DNA of 64,000 nt from an uncultured cyanobacterium (GTDB lineage Bacteria > Cyanobacteriota > Cyanobacteriia > Cyanobacteriales > CAWCAG01). Below are positions 59,383 to 64,000 of this stretch, in pieces. The stretch covers positions 1,152,001 through 1,216,000 of the forward strand of contig CAWCAG010000005.1 in NCBI GenBank assembly GCA_963793425.1, read 5' to 3'. The position numbers were made by a program, and so were the translations under genes. Positions within the stretch are counted from its first letter, which is position 1. Each line of letters opens with the position of its first letter. The notes beneath the pieces were generated by a model. It made no database searches, was not told where the DNA came from, and saw only the letters and a list, made by a program, of their open reading frames with translations.

Positions 59383-60219
59383 ATGGTAGTATTGTCATTG
59401 ACCTTCGATGAGTGTCTAAATGCTCTAACAACAACCACAGCCTTAGTAAAAGTAACAGCTTTTTTTCTTGCTTGGGGAATTTTGTGGTTCCCTTTGTTAG
59501 TTCCTGTAGCAATTTTAGTTAAGTGGCGACCACCTCAACCCTTAAAGGAGAAACAAAAACTCTCTTTAGTAGCTTCTCTTTACTTAATTGCCCCCTTAAT
59601 TATTGCTGCTTCAGCTTGGACTGAAGGTGCTTCTTTTCAGGATTATGGCTTAAGTTGGCACAAAAGTATTTTTACTTCTTTAGGATTCGGCTTTATTTTA
59701 GGTATTTTTAGCTTAGTAGTCACTTTTGGCGGGGAGTGGTTATTAGGTTTGCTGCAATGGCGTTGGGAAAATCTCAAGCGTTTACCATCCCTTTTATTCC
59801 CCCTATTATTAGTAGGTTTGTGGATTGGTATCACTGAGGAATTAATCTTTCGGGGCTTTATTATCAATGAATTACAACAAGACTATAACCTAATTTTTGC
59901 GGCGGTAATTTCTAGTTTAATTTTTGCTTTATTACATTTAGTTTGGGAACAAAAAGATACCCTCCCTCAAGTTCCAGGATTATGGCTTATGGGGATAATT
60001 TTAGTTTTGGCACGTTGGGTAGATGGAGGTAGTTTAGGTATAGCCTGGGGACTTCATGCTAGTTGGATTTGGGGACTATCTTGTCTCGATTCGGCGGAGT
60101 TAATTTCCTACACAGGCAAAAGAGGGCAATGGTTAACAGGTGTAGGTGATAAACCTTTAGCGGGTATTGCTGGAATTTTCTGTTTATTGGTTGTAGGATT
60201 TTGCTTATTTCTTTATTGA
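59383..60219 (+). CDS. CPBP/CAAX intramembrane metalloprotease
   Basis: EELIFRG, FALLH, HASW. Confidence 0.9.
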   Translation: MVVLSLTFDECLNALTTTTALVKVTAFFLAWGILWFPLLVPVAILVKWRPPQPLKEKQKLSLVASLYLIAPLIIAASAWTEGASFQDYGLSWHKSIFTSLGFGFILGIFSLVVTFGGEWLLGLLQWRWENLKRLPSLLFPLLLVGLWIGITEELIFRGFIINELQQDYNLIFAAVISSLIFALLHLVWEQKDTLPQVPGLWLMGIILVLARWVDGGSLGIAWGLHASWIWGLSCLDSAELISYTGKRGQWLTGVGDKPLAGIAGIFCLLVVGFCLFLY

Positions 60220-60272
60220 CAAATATAGGGATTCTTACAACAGCATTTTGTCGTTTCATTCTATTTCAAGAT

Positions 60273-60740
60273 ATGGAAAAAGCAATTGGAGACATCAAAA
60301 TTTCCAAAATTGAATCAATTCAAACTCTTGAAAAATGTTCTGAATCATTAGTGTCAGCCTATAACGGTGAGCCATGGCATGATAATTGGACGAAAGAAAA
60401 GGCCTTAGAAAAACTGACTTGTTTTTACAATTCACCTAAATTTCTTGGCTGGATGGCAATGCAAGAAGATAAACTCTTAGGTTGTTGTGTGGGAAATATA
60501 GAGCCGTATTATATTGGTGACTATTTTTATTTGAAAGAAATGTTCGTTTCTGTTCAATCCCAGAGAATGGGAGTTGGTTCTAAATTAATGGCATCCTTAA
60601 AAGGATATCTAGAAACAATCGGCATTGAGACGATTATTTTATTTACTTCCAAGGAGGCATTTCCTTTTGATTTTTATCAAAAGACTGGCTTTAAGGAAAT
60701 GAAAGGTATGCGTATGATGTACTTTGGTCAGACAGAGTAA
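60273..60740 (+). CDS. GNAT acetyltransferase
   Basis: YNGEPWHDNWT, YLKEMFV...QRMGVGSKL, FYQKTGF. Confidence 0.85.
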   Translation: MEKAIGDIKISKIESIQTLEKCSESLVSAYNGEPWHDNWTKEKALEKLTCFYNSPKFLGWMAMQEDKLLGCCVGNIEPYYIGDYFYLKEMFVSVQSQRMGVGSKLMASLKGYLETIGIETIILFTSKEAFPFDFYQKTGFKEMKGMRMMYFGQTE

Positions 60741-60861
60741 ATATAGCAATATAAATGCGTCCTTTGAACAACTTTTTGGGGCTTGACATTTTTTAAGTTG
60801 AAGTTATGTGAATTCAAAATGTTTAATAACAAAATAGCTTCAATTGAATTTTTACTTATAC
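60741..60861 (-). repeat. MITE-like end, inverted copy of 4863-4972
   Basis: Begins ATATAGCAAT; about 65-nt core matches 4906-4972. Confidence 0.7.
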
Positions 60862-61049
60862 TTCTCGCAAAAACTCATTGAAAGCAACTTTTAAAACTAA
60901 ATCCCTCTAACGAGAAGGCTTATGGCAATAACTGTAAAAAAACAGTTAACCCAAACAGTAAAACAAGCCGTACAGTTTTTAATTGCGAAGTTCTATCTCT
61001 TTTGAGATAAAATTAAAAGTTTGCGATAACTATAAAAAGCTGGCATTAA

Positions 61050-62057
<1,008 letters not shown>

Positions 62058-62063
62058 AAAACC

Positions 62064-62094
62064 GTAGGGTGTGTTAGCGGTAGCGTAACGCACC
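62064..62094 (+). repeat. GTAG-type REP palindrome (left)
   Basis: GTAGGGTGTGTTAGCGGTAGCGTAACGCACC. Confidence 0.75.
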
Positions 62095-62156
62095 TTGCTC
62101 AAGACTAAGGAAAGCTATAGTGTGATCGCACTTTTTGTAGGAATTAGTCTAATCCA

Positions 62157-62693
62157 ATGGATTTTCAGGAATACTTAAAAGGGATGATTAGCGATCAAAA
62201 GTTTAGTGAAGTGTTGCATAAGCAACATTATTCTTTTGCTCACAAAATCATACCTTATATTGTAGAAAATCACTTCCCTGAGTTAGTAAGCAAAATTCTT
62301 GATCAATCTGTTCAAAGTTGGATTTTACAGCTTTGGAATGAATATGCTGAAATTTCAATTCCTGAATACACAAAAGCAGTTTACCCAACCTGTAACTTCA
62401 TACAACCATCTGACAATGTTGGGTTGATTTACTTTGTTATGCCTTCACCTAGAGTAAGTCCAGAAGTGTTGTATGCAGCAGCAATTTTTTTTATGGACGA
62501 TGATGCGCCATCTGAATGGCTGCGAGGTTACTTTACACTTGAATTAGGACTTTCTACATCTGCTTATTGGACTCTGTGTGAATGGGATGACTCTAATCAT
62601 ATTAATCTAGGAGGATTTGAATATGAGCCAACCCTAGAAAATTTTCTTAAGGTCGTTATTGCAGAAGCAAAGAAGAAGTGGCTTGAGTATTAG
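62157..62693 (+). CDS. Hypothetical protein
   Basis: 178-aa ORF with HYSFAH, YFTLELG, LCEWD..NHINLG; no family recognised. Confidence 0.75.
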   Translation: MDFQEYLKGMISDQKFSEVLHKQHYSFAHKIIPYIVENHFPELVSKILDQSVQSWILQLWNEYAEISIPEYTKAVYPTCNFIQPSDNVGLIYFVMPSPRVSPEVLYAAAIFFMDDDAPSEWLRGYFTLELGLSTSAYWTLCEWDDSNHINLGGFEYEPTLENFLKVVIAEAKKKWLEY

Positions 62694-62712
62694 TATTTGA
62701 TAGCTTGATAAT

Positions 62713-62742
62713 GGTGCGTTACATTTCATTAACACACCCTAC
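62713..62742 (-). repeat. GTAG-type REP palindrome (right, inverted)
   Basis: GGTGCGTTACATTTCATTAACACACCCTAC, the same arms as the left REP in inverse orientation. Confidence 0.75.
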
Positions 62743-62881
62743 TAGTGTGACCCAGCTAAAATTGTATTAAGGTTAATCTCATAATTTGACTGGTAAACCC
62801 CCCTACTATCGCCACATTTTAACTGTGTCACGCCACTACTTTTTTGATAATTAAATAAAAAACTTTATCATTCACAAAATT

Positions 62882-64000
62882 ATGGGTAAAGCAAATCGCC
62901 AATTATTCCTCGTGATCGCCCTAATAATCTGTTTACTTGGCAGTGGTTGCGAGAATTCTTTTCTGGGCAATAGATTTGGCGGAGTAAGAGAAAAACCTTT
63001 AAAAATAGGCGCTTTATTACCAGAAATAAAAGACCCCACTTTGCTAGGATACAATCTTTCTCAAGCCGTAAGCTTAGCAGTGGAGAAAGTTAATCAATGT
63101 GGTGGTGTTAATAACCAACCCGTTCAATTAATTGTTGCTGATACCAAGGCTGATCCTTTGGTGGGGGAAGCAGCCATGAATAGATTAGTAGAAATAGATC
63201 CTGTTGTAGGAGTGGTTGGGGGCTTTACTAGTAGTGTTAGCGATCGCGCTGTCAAGGTAGCAGCCCGTAATCAAGTAATGCTAATTTCTCCGGCTAGCAC
63301 AAGTCCTGTATTTACAGAAAGGTCTTATGGTGGTTACTGGGCGAGGACAGTATCGACGGATATTCTTAAAGCACAACAAGCAGCTAAACTTGCCTTAGAA
63401 AAGGGCTTTACCCAAGTTGCTACAGTGGCTATGAATAATGATTACGGTATTGGCTTTGAGGAAGAATTTATTAATGCTTTCCTTAACCAAGGAGGTGTTG
63501 TTACCAATAAAGATGAACCTATACATTATGACTCTACAGCCGTAAATTTAGATACAGAAGCCATGGCTGCTTTTGTTGGTAATTCCGAAGCTGTATTAAT
63601 TGTCGGCGACTTAGAAACCGGAAGTTTGTTGTTAGAGTCTGCTTATAACCATGGTTTTGATAAGCAAGCAATGTTTATTCCTACCGATAGTATTTACTCT
63701 CAAGCTTTCCCTCAACAAATGCCTAAAGACAGCAATAATAGATCAATTGTTACTGGGGTTTTGGGGTTAATACCTGGGGCAAATGGTATGGGGTTGTCGG
63801 AATTCGCGTCTTTTTGGCATCAGGAAACAGGGGAAGATATTACTCCTTTTGTAGCCCAAACTTGGGATGCAACGATGCTTTTAATGTTAGCAGCAGAAGC
63901 AGCCCAAGAAAATACAGGACAAGGCATTAAAAGTAACCTTATGGCTGTGGCAAATCCAGGAGAAAAGCTGGAGGAGAAAGAAGAAGTTAAGGATGTTTGT
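62882..64000 (+). CDS. Amino-acid ABC transporter substrate-binding protein (NatB/LivJ-like), truncated by window end
   Basis: MGKANRQLFLVIALIICLLGSGC lipobox, LKIGALLP, VNQCGGVN, ISPASTSP, YWART, NNDYG.GF. Confidence 0.85.
   Translation, partial: MGKANRQLFLVIALIICLLGSGCENSFLGNRFGGVREKPLKIGALLPEIKDPTLLGYNLSQAVSLAVEKVNQCGGVNNQPVQLIVADTKADPLVGEAAMNRLVEIDPVVGVVGGFTSSVSDRAVKVAARNQVMLISPASTSPVFTERSYGGYWARTVSTDILKAQQAAKLALEKGFTQVATVAMNNDYGIGFEEEFINAFLNQGGVVTNKDEPIHYDSTAVNLDTEAMAAFVGNSEAVLIVGDLETGSLLLESAYNHGFDKQAMFIPTDSIYSQAFPQQMPKDSNNRSIVTGVLGLIPGANGMGLSEFASFWHQETGEDITPFVAQTWDATMLLMLAAEAAQENTGQGIKSNLMAVANPGEKLEEKEEVKDVC

Overview
A low-GC cyanobacterial chromosome segment, identified by frequent HIP1 GCGATCGC octamers and by ndhP, pmgA, Tic22, an HLIP and both cyAbrB paralogues. 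Most of it is housekeeping: an ftsH tail, prmC, tRNA-Pro(UGG), cbiB, pyrR, nagA, purE, amt1, ispH, htrA, pyrC, lepB, sdhB and ilvC. The accessory content is: (1) a stand-alone retron-type reverse transcriptase with a long charged N-terminal extension, no adjacent effector and no clear msr/msd; (2) a TnpB-only IS200/IS605 element inserted 33 nt upstream of pmgA; (3) an orphan phosphorothioation-associated methyltransferase next to two tandem RlaP-type nucleotidyltransferases; (4) an EACC1-like gene plus a caspase-GUN4 gene; (5) a partly duplicated and decayed toxin-antitoxin island that includes an unrecognised small two-gene module; (6) an unknown gene bracketed by inverted REP palindromes; (7) several MITE, REP and STRR repeats and two candidate small RNAs. 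All family assignments come from recognising motifs by eye; no database searches were run.
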